Below are positions 1-9,225 of a stretch of 64,000 nt of DNA, piece by piece. The translations under genes and the position numbers were made by a program. Positions within the stretch are counted from its first letter, which is position 1. Each line of letters opens with the position of its first letter. The stretch is taken from contig OY820591.1 of the NCBI GenBank assembly GCA_963555985.3, forward strand, positions 2,208,001 through 2,272,000, read 5' to 3'. This DNA comes from Dehalococcoidia bacterium. GTDB taxonomy: Bacteria; Chloroflexota; Dehalococcoidia; Bin125. The notes below the pieces were generated by a model, which saw only the letters and a list, made by a program, of their open reading frames with translations, made no database searches and was not told the DNA's origin.

Positions 1-414
1 GGCGGCGGTTCGATTATCTCGACCGCATCGGTCGCCGGACTTTCCGGACTTGCCGGGATCGCCGTCTATTGCGCTTCGAAGGGCGGAGTAATTGCCTTGA
101 CCCGCGCGGCGGCCGGCGAGTGGGCGGTGAAGGGAATTCGGATCAACTGCATCTGTCCGGGCGCGATTGCGACGCGGATCGGCGACAACTCGCAAGGTCC
201 GCAGGACCCGGCGGCACTCGAGCGCCGCCGCGAGCGGAACGCCGATGTCCATCCGCTGGGACGCTCGGGCGAAGGCTCTGATATCGCCCAGACGGCGCTG
301 TACCTCGCATCGGACGAGTCCTCGTTCGTGACCGGACAGGCCATCGTGGTCGACGGCGGCTGGACCGCGGTCGACCGGCGCTGGTTCGACCTGACCGGAC
401 TCGACTTCAGCTAA
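1..414 (+). CDS. SDR family oxidoreductase, 5'-truncated by the window edge
   Basis: Frame 1 reads GGGSIISTAS...YCASKGG...IRINCICPG...SFVTGQAIVVDGG, i.e. the YxxxK motif and the classical SDR C-terminus. Confidence 0.9.
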   Translation, partial: GGGSIISTASVAGLSGLAGIAVYCASKGGVIALTRAAAGEWAVKGIRINCICPGAIATRIGDNSQGPQDPAALERRRERNADVHPLGRSGEGSDIAQTALYLASDESSFVTGQAIVVDGGWTAVDRRWFDLTGLDFS

Positions 415-454
415 GTGCGGTCAGCGGTCAACGGAGAGCAGATCGGAGTTGATC

Positions 455-1252
455 ATGGCAGGACGACTTGAGGGCAAGACGGCAGTGATTACCGGCGCGG
501 CGTCGGGGCTTGGCGAGGCTTCGGCGCGGCTCTTCGCAGAGGAGGGGGCGAACGTGATGATCGCCGATCGCGACGCCTCGCGCGGACCGTGGGTGGCGGA
601 GCAGATCGGATCGCAGGCGGCGTTCATCGAGACCGACGTGCGCCGCGGCGAGGACGTACAGGCGATGTTCCGCGCGGCGGTTGACCGCTGGGGGCAAGTG
701 GACGTGATCTACAACAACGCCGGCGTGGGTGGATCCGAGGGGAACATCCGCGACTGCCCGGAGAAGACGTACGACCTCGTCTCCGACGTGAATATTCGCG
801 GAGTTTGGCTGGGGATGAAATACGGGATTCCGCATCTGGAACGGGCAGGCGGCGGTTCGATCATCGTGACGGCCTCGATTGCAGGTGTGCAGGGAGTGCC
901 GGGCGTGGCCGCATACGCCGCCTCGAAGGGTGCGGTGATTGCGATGGTGCAGGCGGCGGCGGGCGAGTGGGCGTCGAAGGGGATCCGGGTGAACTGCATC
1001 TGTCCGGGCAGCATTGTCACGGGTCAAGGCTCGCGCACTCCTGAACAGCTTGAGCAGACACGGCAGATCTGGGCGTCGCGCTACGCCATGGGGCGGGCCG
1101 GAGAGGCGATCGACATCGCACAAGCGGCGCTGTTCCTGGCCTCCGACGCTTCCAGCTTGATTACCGGTCAGAAGCTGGTCGTCGACGGCGGCTGGACAGC
1201 CTTCGACCCGCGCTGGGACGAGGCGATGGGTAACGACTGGTCCAAGGTCTGA
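455..1252 (+). CDS. SDR family oxidoreductase (tandem paralog of the upstream gene)
   Basis: TGAASGLG, NNAG and YAASK motifs; GGAG upstream of ATG 455. Confidence 0.92.
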   Translation: MAGRLEGKTAVITGAASGLGEASARLFAEEGANVMIADRDASRGPWVAEQIGSQAAFIETDVRRGEDVQAMFRAAVDRWGQVDVIYNNAGVGGSEGNIRDCPEKTYDLVSDVNIRGVWLGMKYGIPHLERAGGGSIIVTASIAGVQGVPGVAAYAASKGAVIAMVQAAAGEWASKGIRVNCICPGSIVTGQGSRTPEQLEQTRQIWASRYAMGRAGEAIDIAQAALFLASDASSLITGQKLVVDGGWTAFDPRWDEAMGNDWSKV

Positions 1253-1270
1253 GCGCGACTCGCCACGGCC

Positions 1271-1705
1271 TCAATCGGGAGTCGCCGACCAGGCAGTGAC
1301 GCGCTCCGCCCTGAGGCGCAGCAGCGGGCGCTCTTCGAGACCCATCTCGGCGTATTGGGGGTACTTGTTGCGCAGGGCGCTGATCGCTGTCCGTGCTTCC
1401 GATTCGTCCCATTGGCTTGGCCAGAGGGCGTCGGCGGGCCCGCGCAGCAGGATCCACCAGAGGCGCGACCAGTCATCGTCATAGTGATCGACCAGGAGCG
1501 CGGCGCGGGGATTGGACTCGATGTTGGTCAAACGGCGCAGACGCAGCGTCGTCTTGGGTTTCTCGTCGATCGCGATGTAGACGTGATCACCCACGAGCGC
1601 GAACACGACCGGAATCAGGTGCGGGTCGCCGTCGGGCGAGGCCGTCGCCAGGTGTCCGGCCCGAGCCGATTCGAGTTGCGGGCGAACGTCGTCAAGGGTA
1701 GTCAT
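1271..1705 (-). CDS. Pyridoxamine 5'-phosphate oxidase-like (PPOX class, probably F420-dependent) oxidoreductase
   Basis: [49 protein letters not shown], typical of the Rv0121-like PPOX class. Confidence 0.85.
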   Translation of the reverse strand: MTTLDDVRPQLESARAGHLATASPDGDPHLIPVVFALVGDHVYIAIDEKPKTTLRLRRLTNIESNPRAALLVDHYDDDWSRLWWILLRGPADALWPSQWDESEARTAISALRNKYPQYAEMGLEERPLLRLRAERVTAWSATPD

Positions 1706-1752
1706 CGCAGCCTCATATACTCCCCGCGAACAGCCCAACAGAGGAGGCCGCC

Positions 1753-2043
1753 ATGCCTGAACGACGCAAATTGGATGATGCCGAAGTGAGTGAGCGGCTG
1801 GCCGAAATCCCCGGCTGGAGCTTTGCCGACAACCAACTCAACCGCGAGTTCCAGTTCGGCAACTTCGTCCAGGCCTTCGGGTTTATGTCCTCGGTCGCCC
1901 TGCTCGCAGAGAAGCTTGACCATCACCCTAACTGGTCGAACGTCTACAACCGCGTGCAGATCGGGCTGAACACGCACGACGCCGGCGGGGTGACGGAGTT
2001 CGACTTCGTGCTCGCGTCGCAGATCAACGACGCGGCCGGCTAG
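1753..2043 (+). CDS. phhB: Pterin-4-alpha-carbinolamine dehydratase
   Basis: [27 protein letters not shown] signature; GAGGAGG RBS. Confidence 0.93.
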   Translation: MPERRKLDDAEVSERLAEIPGWSFADNQLNREFQFGNFVQAFGFMSSVALLAEKLDHHPNWSNVYNRVQIGLNTHDAGGVTEFDFVLASQINDAAG

Positions 2044-3017
2044 CGTTCCGCGAGCAGCTTTCGCAACTGAGCCCGCGTTGCGTTCGCGCCGCTGATCACG
2101 ATCACCACGCGGCGGCCCGCGATCCGCTGCTGCTCTTGCTCAGCCGCTGCAATTGCAACGGCACCGGACGGCTCGGCCATCACGTGCTGCGTGTCCCAGA
2201 GCAGGCGCACCGCGTCGAGAATCTGGTCGTCGTCGACGAGGATGAAGTCGTTCAGGCTGGCCCGCAGGATGTCGATGGCGAACCGAAACGGGGTACCAGT
2301 CGCCAGTCCTTCGGCGATGCTTGCGTTTGGGCGATCTTCGATCCGGCCGGAGCGCCAGGCGTCGTGCGCCGCCGGCGACTGCGCCGATTGCGCAGCCCAG
2401 ACCTCTGCTGGATGACCGAGACCATCTCGGACTGTCACCCAGCCGCTTGAGCCGGTGCCGCCTCCCAACGGCAGCAGGACCAGGTCGGTTTCGGGTTGTT
2501 GGGTTTCGAGGACTTCCAGTGCTGCTGTGCCCACTCCCGCGATCAGTTTGGGTTCTTCGACCGGCTCGACGTAGCGCGCGCCGCGCTCGGCAGCGAACTC
2601 CTCGGCGCGACGGCGCGATTCATCGAAGCGCTCGCCGACGAGCTCGACCCGCCCGCCCAATCGCTCGATCGCCGCAATCTTGTCCGTGTTCGCGTCGGTC
2701 GGCATGAAGATGGTCACTTCCGCGCCCACGGCGGCCGCGCCAAACGCGATCGACTGGCCATGGTTCCCGGTCGAAGACGTGACGAGTCCTAGCTTCCGCT
2801 CTTCGGGCGAGAGCAGGGAGGCGAAGTAGACGCCGCCGCGCACCTTGAAGGCGGAGGTTGGGGTCATGCACTCCAGCTTGAGGGAGATGTCCGCCTGCCA
2901 ACGCTGCGACAGGCCCGGGCTGCGCACGAGCGGGGTCGGCAGTGACAAGCGCTTGCTGATCAGCTCATGCGCACGCCGGACATCGTCCAAGGTTGGCGGG
3001 ACCAGTGCGCCGCTCAT
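2040..3017 (-). CDS. PLP-dependent threonine/serine dehydratase family protein
   Basis: [15 protein letters not shown] (PLP lysine), [20 protein letters not shown]. Confidence 0.9.
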   Translation of the reverse strand: MSGALVPPTLDDVRRAHELISKRLSLPTPLVRSPGLSQRWQADISLKLECMTPTSAFKVRGGVYFASLLSPEERKLGLVTSSTGNHGQSIAFGAAAVGAEVTIFMPTDANTDKIAAIERLGGRVELVGERFDESRRRAEEFAAERGARYVEPVEEPKLIAGVGTAALEVLETQQPETDLVLLPLGGGTGSSGWVTVRDGLGHPAEVWAAQSAQSPAAHDAWRSGRIEDRPNASIAEGLATGTPFRFAIDILRASLNDFILVDDDQILDAVRLLWDTQHVMAEPSGAVAIAAAEQEQQRIAGRRVVIVISGANATRAQLRKLLAER

Positions 3018-3541
3018 GAGCGGTACTTCGCGCGCTGGGCGTCTTGTTGAGCTGCGATGGTCTCAGCCGAGCGGAAGTAGATGTCGGGCGGGTCCCAACC
3101 GTTGAGTCCGGCGTAGGTGTCGATCTGGGAACGATGGTGGATGTCGTGTTCCATCATCATCAGCAGCACCCGCCAGCCGTTGAGGGTGGCACCGGGCGTG
3201 TCGATCATTTCGACCTGGCGGGTCAGTCCCTGCGGCCCGACTTCGCGCACGAGTTGCGAAAACTGCTCGAAGCTGTCGTTCAGAGCCGGGGCCCACAGTT
3301 CGGAGCGGCTCACGTCTGGCGGCTCGGGCGAGATCCAGCCTTCTTGCCGGTAGGCGCTGGCGAAGTAGAGGCGCGAGCCGCACATGTGGCCAATGAGTTT
3401 GTTGATTGACCAGGCGTTCTCGCCTTCTCCGCCGACGGGCGTCCAGCCGTCGGCCTCCGGCGGCAAGGCGGTGACATCGCGCACGGCGCGGTTGTTGACC
3501 GAGCGAAAGTAGCGCAGAAACACGTCGATGTCGGTAAACAC
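3014..3541 (-). CDS. DinB/DUF664-like four-helix metalloprotein
   Basis: WSI..LIGH and EHDIHHRSQI..Y His motifs; overlaps the next gene by ATGA. Confidence 0.8.
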   Translation of the reverse strand: MFTDIDVFLRYFRSVNNRAVRDVTALPPEADGWTPVGGEGENAWSINKLIGHMCGSRLYFASAYRQEGWISPEPPDVSRSELWAPALNDSFEQFSQLVREVGPQGLTRQVEMIDTPGATLNGWRVLLMMMEHDIHHRSQIDTYAGLNGWDPPDIYFRSAETIAAQQDAQRAKYRS

Positions 3542-3542
3542 G

Positions 3543-4262
3543 TCAGATTGCCTTCCGCTCGAGGAGTTGATCGAAGCTGGGTTGTTCGTGCGGCTGGAGC
3601 AGGCTGGGATCGTCGTTTCGGACCGAGTTCACGCGCGGCGAGACCGTCGTCGAGATGAAGGCGTCATTCGGCGCTGCGACGAGCAGCGCGCTCAATGCGT
3701 TCACGTCCTTCGCCGTCGGATCGAGCCAATCGTCGAGCCGATCCTGTGGCATCACGACCGGCATCCGCTGGTGAATTGCAGCCAGCGTATCGTTCGCATC
3801 GGTAGTGAGGATCGCGAACGTCGTCTGCGGCTGCTCCTGCTCCGGGTACCAGAGCTCGTAGAGGCCGGCGAAGAGAAACGGCTCGCGATCGGCGTGATGG
3901 ATCCAGTGCGGCTGACGCGCGTCTTTGGGGCCGCTCCACTCGTACCAGCCGTCGGCCGGGACGACGCAGCGCTTTCGCTTGAATGGGCGAGCATAAGCGC
4001 GTGAGGTTGCGGCCGTCTCGGAACGAGCGTTGATCTGGCGACCGGCTCGCTTTGCATCCTTGGCCCAGCTGTTCACGAGTCCCCAGCGTGCCGTCTCAGC
4101 AGCGAAATTCTCGCCGCCCGCGTGAACGATCGGGTGCTCTTGCGTGGGCGCGACGTTGTACCGGGGTTGGTGCGGGACGCCGGTGAACAACGTCTCTGCC
4201 AGTTGCTGCGCTGCCGCAACCAGCTCGAGCGTCTCGACCGTGAGCGTGAAGCGTCCGCACAT
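3543..4262 (-). CDS. SRAP (SOS response-associated peptidase, YedK/HMCES-like abasic-site protein)
   Basis: N-terminal MCGRF, RYNVAPTQ, INARSET, ADGWYEW, IHQRMPV. Confidence 0.93.
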   Translation of the reverse strand: MCGRFTLTVETLELVAAAQQLAETLFTGVPHQPRYNVAPTQEHPIVHAGGENFAAETARWGLVNSWAKDAKRAGRQINARSETAATSRAYARPFKRKRCVVPADGWYEWSGPKDARQPHWIHHADREPFLFAGLYELWYPEQEQPQTTFAILTTDANDTLAAIHQRMPVVMPQDRLDDWLDPTAKDVNALSALLVAAPNDAFISTTVSPRVNSVRNDDPSLLQPHEQPSFDQLLERKAI

Positions 4263-4371
4263 GCACCCAGTCTAGCCAGCGGTGAAGTCTGCGGGCGGTT
4301 GGAGGTTCATATCCCGGCCTGCGCCTAGCATGAAATCTCAAGCGAGAGCGAGTATCGATTGGAAATGCCGT

Positions 4372-5178
4372 ATGAACACTGAGGCGACGGTGCTTCTGGA
4401 CAAGTACGACGACGGGGTGGCGTTGATCACGCTGAACCGCCCTGAGCGGCTGAATGCGTTTGGGGATGACCTGCTCCAGCGGCTGAGCGAAGCGCTGGTC
4501 GATTGCGATGACGATCCGCAGGTTCGCTGCGTCGCCTTGACCGGCGCGGGGCGCGGGTTCTCGGCGGGGGCGGATATCAACAACATGGGCCGGCGCTCGG
4601 ACGGGCCGCCGCCCGGGCCGGGCGTCGTCAACCGCCGCAGTCATCGCAGCCAGATGCAGACGTCGGGAATGCTGCATGAGATGGGCACGCCGACAGTGTC
4701 GCTGGTCAACGGACCGGCCGCGGGCGGCGGCCTCGGTTTGTGTCTGGCGACCGACTTTCGAATCGCTTCCGAGCGCGCCCGTTTCGTGACCGCGTTCCGC
4801 AACATCGGCGTTTCCGGCGACTACGGCGTCGCCTGGTTCTTGCAGCACATGGTCGGCAGCACCCGCGCCCGAGAACTGCTGATGCTCGATCACCGGATCA
4901 ACGCCGATGAGGCCCAGGCGCTCGGCATCGTGACCAAGGTCGTGCCGCACGACGAATTGTTGCCGCAAGGCCTGGAGTTTTGCCGGGAGATTGCGCAGGG
5001 ACCGACGGCGGTACTGGCGATGATGAAGTGGACGCTGAATTTCGCGGCCACCTCGAACCTGAGCGACTCGCTCTATCAGGAGGGTTCGCACGTGATGCTG
5101 TCGTTCACGGGCGAGGACAATAAAGAGGCGGCGAAGGCGTTCCTGGAGAAGCGTTCGCCGCGATTCGTCGGCCGCTAG
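4372..5178 (+). CDS. Enoyl-CoA hydratase/isomerase family protein
   Basis: LITLNRPERLNAF, GRGFSAGADI, VNGPAAGGG, AFLEKRSPRF. Confidence 0.92.
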   Translation: MNTEATVLLDKYDDGVALITLNRPERLNAFGDDLLQRLSEALVDCDDDPQVRCVALTGAGRGFSAGADINNMGRRSDGPPPGPGVVNRRSHRSQMQTSGMLHEMGTPTVSLVNGPAAGGGLGLCLATDFRIASERARFVTAFRNIGVSGDYGVAWFLQHMVGSTRARELLMLDHRINADEAQALGIVTKVVPHDELLPQGLEFCREIAQGPTAVLAMMKWTLNFAATSNLSDSLYQEGSHVMLSFTGEDNKEAAKAFLEKRSPRFVGR

Positions 5179-5182
5179 CCCC

Positions 5183-5220
5183 AGAAAAACCGAACCCCGG
5201 GGGGTGAACCCCGGGGTCGG
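5183..5220 (-). terminator. Intrinsic terminator (U-tract on the minus strand)
   Basis: Minus strand CCGACCCCGGGG-ttcacc-CCCCGGGGTTCGG followed by TTTTTCT. Confidence 0.75.
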
Positions 5221-5435
5221 CCAGGAGGAGGGGCAGGGCGAGCGAGAAACCACTGCCCCTGAGTTCGTCGGGCGGTCGTTCCCGACAGGACTCGCATGTT
5301 GGCGGCCGCTGGCTGCCGAGGCAGGGGTGTGGGTTCGTTGCGCGTCGTGACGGGTTAACCGCAAAGAGCCAACCGCTGCATCCACCATGAGTGGCGGACA
5401 GACTCGGCTGGCTCCCGACGAAGCGCGGACCTCCC

Positions 5436-5575
5436 TCGGTCGCCTACGGGGTTAGCTGACGGGTTCGGCGCGAGAGAGTGCGCCTGGGAGCCAAAGCTCC
5501 GTTCACCCCAAGTGATGGGTCCCCCGTTTCCCGCAGTCGAAGCGCTCGCGCTGCCTCGCTGGGGAATTCGGCCGT
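5436..5575 (-). ncRNA. Cyclic di-AMP (ydaO/yuaA) riboswitch aptamer
   Basis: Minus strand GCCGAATTCCC...GGGAAACGGGGGACCCA..TTGGGGTGAA...GCCGAACCCGTCAGCTAACCCCGTAGGC reproduces the conserved ydaO blocks in order. Confidence 0.9.
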
Positions 5576-5593
5576 CTATTCAGTTGTGCGTTC

Positions 5594-5623
5594 AGAGTAA
5601 CGGGCGCGAACACGAATTGCCAA
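5594..5623 (-). promoter_or_regulatory. Putative sigma70-type promoter for the riboswitch transcript
   Basis: Minus strand TTGGCA-N18-TACTCT about 20 nt upstream of the aptamer. Confidence 0.5.
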
Positions 5624-5660
5624 TCGCGACGGCGGATTCACCGCCAAGAGCGGCGATTCG

Positions 5661-5858
5661 TTACGGCTTGCAGCCCAATGCGAGCAATTCCTTCCGCAGG
5701 TCGTTTATCTGATCGTAAATTTCGCGCAACTCCGGGTTCCCCGGACCAAGCGGCCCATCTCCCGGACCGGGCGACAGGCGGCCAGGCAAGTCGTCGGCGA
5801 GCTTGTTCAGACGCGCGCGTTCCGCGCGGATCTCTGCACAACGATCCGAATCAGCCAT
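5661..5858 (-). CDS. Small hypothetical protein (65 aa; helical hairpin, one Cys near each end)
   Basis: GAGGAG RBS; ATG overlaps the stop of the upstream ORF (ATGGCTGA). Confidence 0.6.
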   Translation of the reverse strand: MADSDRCAEIRAERARLNKLADDLPGRLSPGPGDGPLGPGNPELREIYDQINDLRKELLALGCKP

Positions 5859-6144
5859 CGTTCTTGCTCCTCAGTCGGTGAGCGCGATCGAGCGCTTCGG
5901 CTTCCAAACGGGTGAGGGCTGGTCTGGCACGGAGGCGAATCCCAATCGACTCCGCCTCGTGCACGACCCGGAACCAGGAAAGATCGTCGGGCGCTTCGAC
6001 GGTGAGCGCCAGTTCGGCGCCGTCGAGCTGAAGCGCCTGCACGAGCTGCCCTCCCGTGCGCTGGATCGATGTCTCCAGCGCGTGCAGCGCCTCATCCAGG
6101 CCGCGCGCGCCGTCCCATTCCCCATGTGCGAGCCAGAGCGCCAT
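5851..6144 (-). CDS. Small hypothetical protein (possibly GYD-like fold)
   Basis: ATG at 6144 within ORF 5851..6216; translationally coupled to 5661..5858. Confidence 0.5.
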   Translation of the reverse strand: MALWLAHGEWDGARGLDEALHALETSIQRTGGQLVQALQLDGAELALTVEAPDDLSWFRVVHEAESIGIRLRARPALTRLEAEALDRAHRLRSKNDG

Positions 6145-6219
6145 GAGTCGTACGATAGCCGTGATTGTCCAACAGAGACGAGGCGGCGTTCGCCGATCAA
6201 GCCCCGCGAGGAGCACGAT

Positions 6220-7110
6220 ATGGAACGAATCGGATTTATCGGGCTGGGCATCATGGGAGTGCCGATGGTGGCCAACCTACTCCAGGCCGGCTACGGCGTC
6301 ACGGTGTGGAATCGCTCAGCAGGTGGAACCAATGCTTGCAGCGAAATGGGCGCCGCGGCAGGCGCGAGCCCGCGGGCAGTCGCTGAGGCAGCGGACATCC
6401 TGATCACAATCGTGACCGATTCACCAGATGTCCAGCAGGTGTTGATCGACCACCCGGATGCGGCAATTCACGGTCTCGCACCCGGATCGGTCGTGATCGA
6501 CATGTCGACGATTAGTCCCGTCGTCACACGGGAGATCGCCGCGCGACTTGCGGAGCGGGGAGTGGCGATGCTGGACGCGCCGGTGTCAGGCGGAGACAGC
6601 GGGGCAAAGGCGGGGACGCTCTCGATCATGATCGGCGGGGAGGCGGAGGTATTGGATCGCTGCCGGCCGGTGCTGGAGGCGATGGGGCAGACGATCACGC
6701 ACTGCGGCCCAAATGGGGCCGGACAGACGGTCAAGCTCTGCAATCAGGTCGCGATCGCAGGGGCGCTGCTGGGTGTCTGCGAAGCGCTGGCGTTGGCGCA
6801 GAAGTCAGAGGTCGACCCGGAGCGAATGCTGGCGGCGATCTCGGCCGGCGCGGCTGGCTCGTGGCAGCTCTCGAACCTTGGGCCGAAGATCGCCGAGCGC
6901 GATTTCGCGCCTGGTTTCATGATCCGGCTGATGCAGAAGGATCTGCGGCTGGCGCTCGAGGCAGCGGCCGATGTGCTCCAACCGCTGCCGAATACGTCGT
7001 TGGTGCAGCAGCTCTACTACCAGTTACAGGCGCAGGGGGCTGGGGGTGACGGTACGCAGGCGCTGGCTCGAGTGATTGAGAGTCTGGGGGAAACGACGAT
7101 CGGGGAGTAG
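6220..7110 (+). CDS. NAD(P)-dependent beta-hydroxyacid dehydrogenase (3-hydroxyisobutyrate dehydrogenase/tartronate semialdehyde reductase family)
   Basis: IGFIGLGIMG, LDAPVSGG, GQTVKLCNQ, QKDLRLA; GAGGAG RBS before ATG 6220. Confidence 0.92.
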   Translation: MERIGFIGLGIMGVPMVANLLQAGYGVTVWNRSAGGTNACSEMGAAAGASPRAVAEAADILITIVTDSPDVQQVLIDHPDAAIHGLAPGSVVIDMSTISPVVTREIAARLAERGVAMLDAPVSGGDSGAKAGTLSIMIGGEAEVLDRCRPVLEAMGQTITHCGPNGAGQTVKLCNQVAIAGALLGVCEALALAQKSEVDPERMLAAISAGAAGSWQLSNLGPKIAERDFAPGFMIRLMQKDLRLALEAAADVLQPLPNTSLVQQLYYQLQAQGAGGDGTQALARVIESLGETTIGE

Positions 7111-7135
7111 GCACTAGTCAGCGCGGGGCAAGCCT

Positions 7136-7186
7136 GACCCCCCTCTGTCCCTACGGGACATCTCCCCCCGCGGTGCGGGGGGAGAG
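7136..7186. repeat. REP-like double-hairpin element, family A
   Basis: GACCCCCCTCTGTCCCTACGGGACATCTCCCCCCGCGGTGCGGGGGGAGAG; near-identical copies at 55373 and 62374, inverted copy at 49726. Confidence 0.85.
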
Positions 7187-7214
7187 ATGGATGCGTTGCC
7201 CTCTCGGCGGACTG

Positions 7215-7658
7215 CTAGTGCGAGTGCATCTCGCCGATGGCTTCGTCGGCGTGGGTGAGGCGCTCGGCCACGTGCTGGAGCATCGCCCAGAGGACTTCCT
7301 TGTTCGACTGCTCCTGGAAGGTCTGGCGCAGAATGGTCATGCACTCGGTGGCTTCGCTGGCGACGATCGTGGCGCTGCGGGGGCGTCCGAGCAGGAGCGC
7401 CATTTCGCCGAAGAAGTCGCCCTCGCCGAAGCTGGCAAGTTGCTGCTGGTGCTCGGCGTCGCCGTAGGCCTGGTAGACGTCGACTGCGCCCGAGCGAATG
7501 ATGTAGAGCGCGGTGCCGAGTTCGCCCTCGCGCTGGATCACCTGTCCGGCGTTGTAGTTGTTCAGCTGCACCCAGCCAGCGATCTCGTGCAGGGCGTCAC
7601 GGTCGACGCGCGAGAACAGGTCGGTTCCGGCGAGCATGTCTTCGATGGATTGCGGCAT
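7215..7658 (-). CDS. Stand-alone cyclic nucleotide-binding domain protein
   Basis: IQREGE.G.ALYII.SG.V.V, GDFFGEMALL..RPRSAT; GGAGG RBS. Confidence 0.9.
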   Translation of the reverse strand: MPQSIEDMLAGTDLFSRVDRDALHEIAGWVQLNNYNAGQVIQREGELGTALYIIRSGAVDVYQAYGDAEHQQQLASFGEGDFFGEMALLLGRPRSATIVASEATECMTILRQTFQEQSNKEVLWAMLQHVAERLTHADEAIGEMHSH

Positions 7659-7835
7659 GATGTCCTCCGTAGCTAGCGCCGTGCATTCTACGGCTGTGGT
7701 CAGAGTAGGGAGTTGCGGTTGGAGAGGGCAATCGGAAGACAGATGTGGACAGAACGGATGTTACGCGGGATGCGCAGCAAGGGGCACATTGGCAACACTG
7801 CGCACAGATCGATGCGGATGGCTGTGAATCCAGTG

Positions 7836-9134
7836 TTAACCAGCGAGCTCGTCGCGGAAGTCGGGGTGCGCAACTGTGCGCAGCGCTTCCGCCCGAGCGC
7901 CGAGACTGCGGCCCGCGAGCGCAGCCTCGCCGTACTCCGTGATCACGCGATCGGCGAGTGTGCGGGGGGTAGTGACTACTGCATCCGGATCGAGTTTGCG
8001 CACAATCCGTGACACTCGTCCGCGGGCTGCGGTCGCCGGCATCGCTACTACCGAGATTCCGCCGTTCAGGATCGCACCGGCGGCAAAGTCTGGTTGTCCG
8101 CCGGGTCCCGAAATCTGGCGGCCGCGCAACGACTCGGCATTGATCGTCCCATCGAGCGCGACCTGCACTGCGGAGTTGATTCCAACGAAGTTGGTTTGCC
8201 GCGCCAGGACTTCGAGTGAATGCGTGTAGCCGGCGGGGGCCATGCAGACAGCCGGATTGCGATCGATCCAGTGGAAGAAGGCCGCGCTACCGGCGGCTTC
8301 GGTAGTGATGATCAGCTCGGGCGCGGTTCCTTTGTTCACGCCGGTCAGCGCGCCGCTCTCAACGAGGTCCTTCACGCCGTCCGAGATCAAGCCGGAGTGA
8401 ATTCCAAGATCGCGCCGGTCTCCGAGCATCCCCATGATCGCCTCAGGTACCCCGCCGATGCCGAACTGGAGTGTCGCGCCGTTCGTCACGAGTTGGGCGA
8501 CTGCCGCCGCAATCTCGCGCTCGGTTGGTCCCGGTTCGGCGCGGCGCAGCTCGAGCACCTCGCTTTCGAGCGGCACGAGCCAATCGAATTCCTCGCGGCG
8601 GAGCTCAGATGCGCCAAATGTGTAGGGGAGATTCGGATTCACCTGCGCGATCACCAGCGGGGCCGTTCGCACCACATCAACGATCCCGCCGACTGAGGTT
8701 CCCAGCGAATACAGACCCTCGGGGCTCGGTTCCGAGACCTGGATCAGGATCGCGTCGGCCGGCAGCGGCCCGTCCTGACGAAACAGTGTGGGTACCTGGG
8801 CATACGTGGCCGGAATGTGCTCCAGTGCGCCGGCGGCTTCCACCTCGCGCAGCGGGCCGCTGGTCTGATACGTCAAAAAGCGAAACGGCTGGTGGGGATG
8901 GTCTAGCGGGGGTAGATGTGCAAAGAGATTGCCGGTGGCTATTTCGATGTCGGTCCAGCCGGTGCGCAGGTCGTCGAGCGCGGCTAGTAGTCCGACGGGG
9001 GTCGCGGACATGGGCGGAACTACGACGCGGGCACCATCGGGGATCTGGCGCAGGGCCTGCTCGGCCCTGCTCTCACGGGTTGCTCGTGTGGCTGACCGAG
9101 GCGGGAGGTAAGCGTCGAATTCCATCGTCGTCAT
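7836..9134 (-). CDS. Acetyl-CoA hydrolase/4-hydroxybutyrate CoA-transferase family protein
   Basis: GATLQFGIGGVP, LGIHS, INSAVQVALDG, ISGPGGQPDF, VITEYG. Confidence 0.9.
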   Translation of the reverse strand: MTTMEFDAYLPPRSATRATRESRAEQALRQIPDGARVVVPPMSATPVGLLAALDDLRTGWTDIEIATGNLFAHLPPLDHPHQPFRFLTYQTSGPLREVEAAGALEHIPATYAQVPTLFRQDGPLPADAILIQVSEPSPEGLYSLGTSVGGIVDVVRTAPLVIAQVNPNLPYTFGASELRREEFDWLVPLESEVLELRRAEPGPTEREIAAAVAQLVTNGATLQFGIGGVPEAIMGMLGDRRDLGIHSGLISDGVKDLVESGALTGVNKGTAPELIITTEAAGSAAFFHWIDRNPAVCMAPAGYTHSLEVLARQTNFVGINSAVQVALDGTINAESLRGRQISGPGGQPDFAAGAILNGGISVVAMPATAARGRVSRIVRKLDPDAVVTTPRTLADRVITEYGEAALAGRSLGARAEALRTVAHPDFRDELAG

Positions 9135-9225
9135 GCAGTGCGCCCTCGATTTGGCCTCGTTGCTCGGATACGAACGCGCCGCCACCTCGCGGTGACGGCG
9201 CGTCTGAGTTGGTTGGTCGGAGGAC

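Noticed and set aside
4096-5388. 430-aa minus-strand ORF starting just after the c-di-AMP riboswitch
   Set aside because: It crosses the intrinsic terminator, is the antisense shadow of the enoyl-CoA hydratase, overlaps SRAP and has no recognisable motif.
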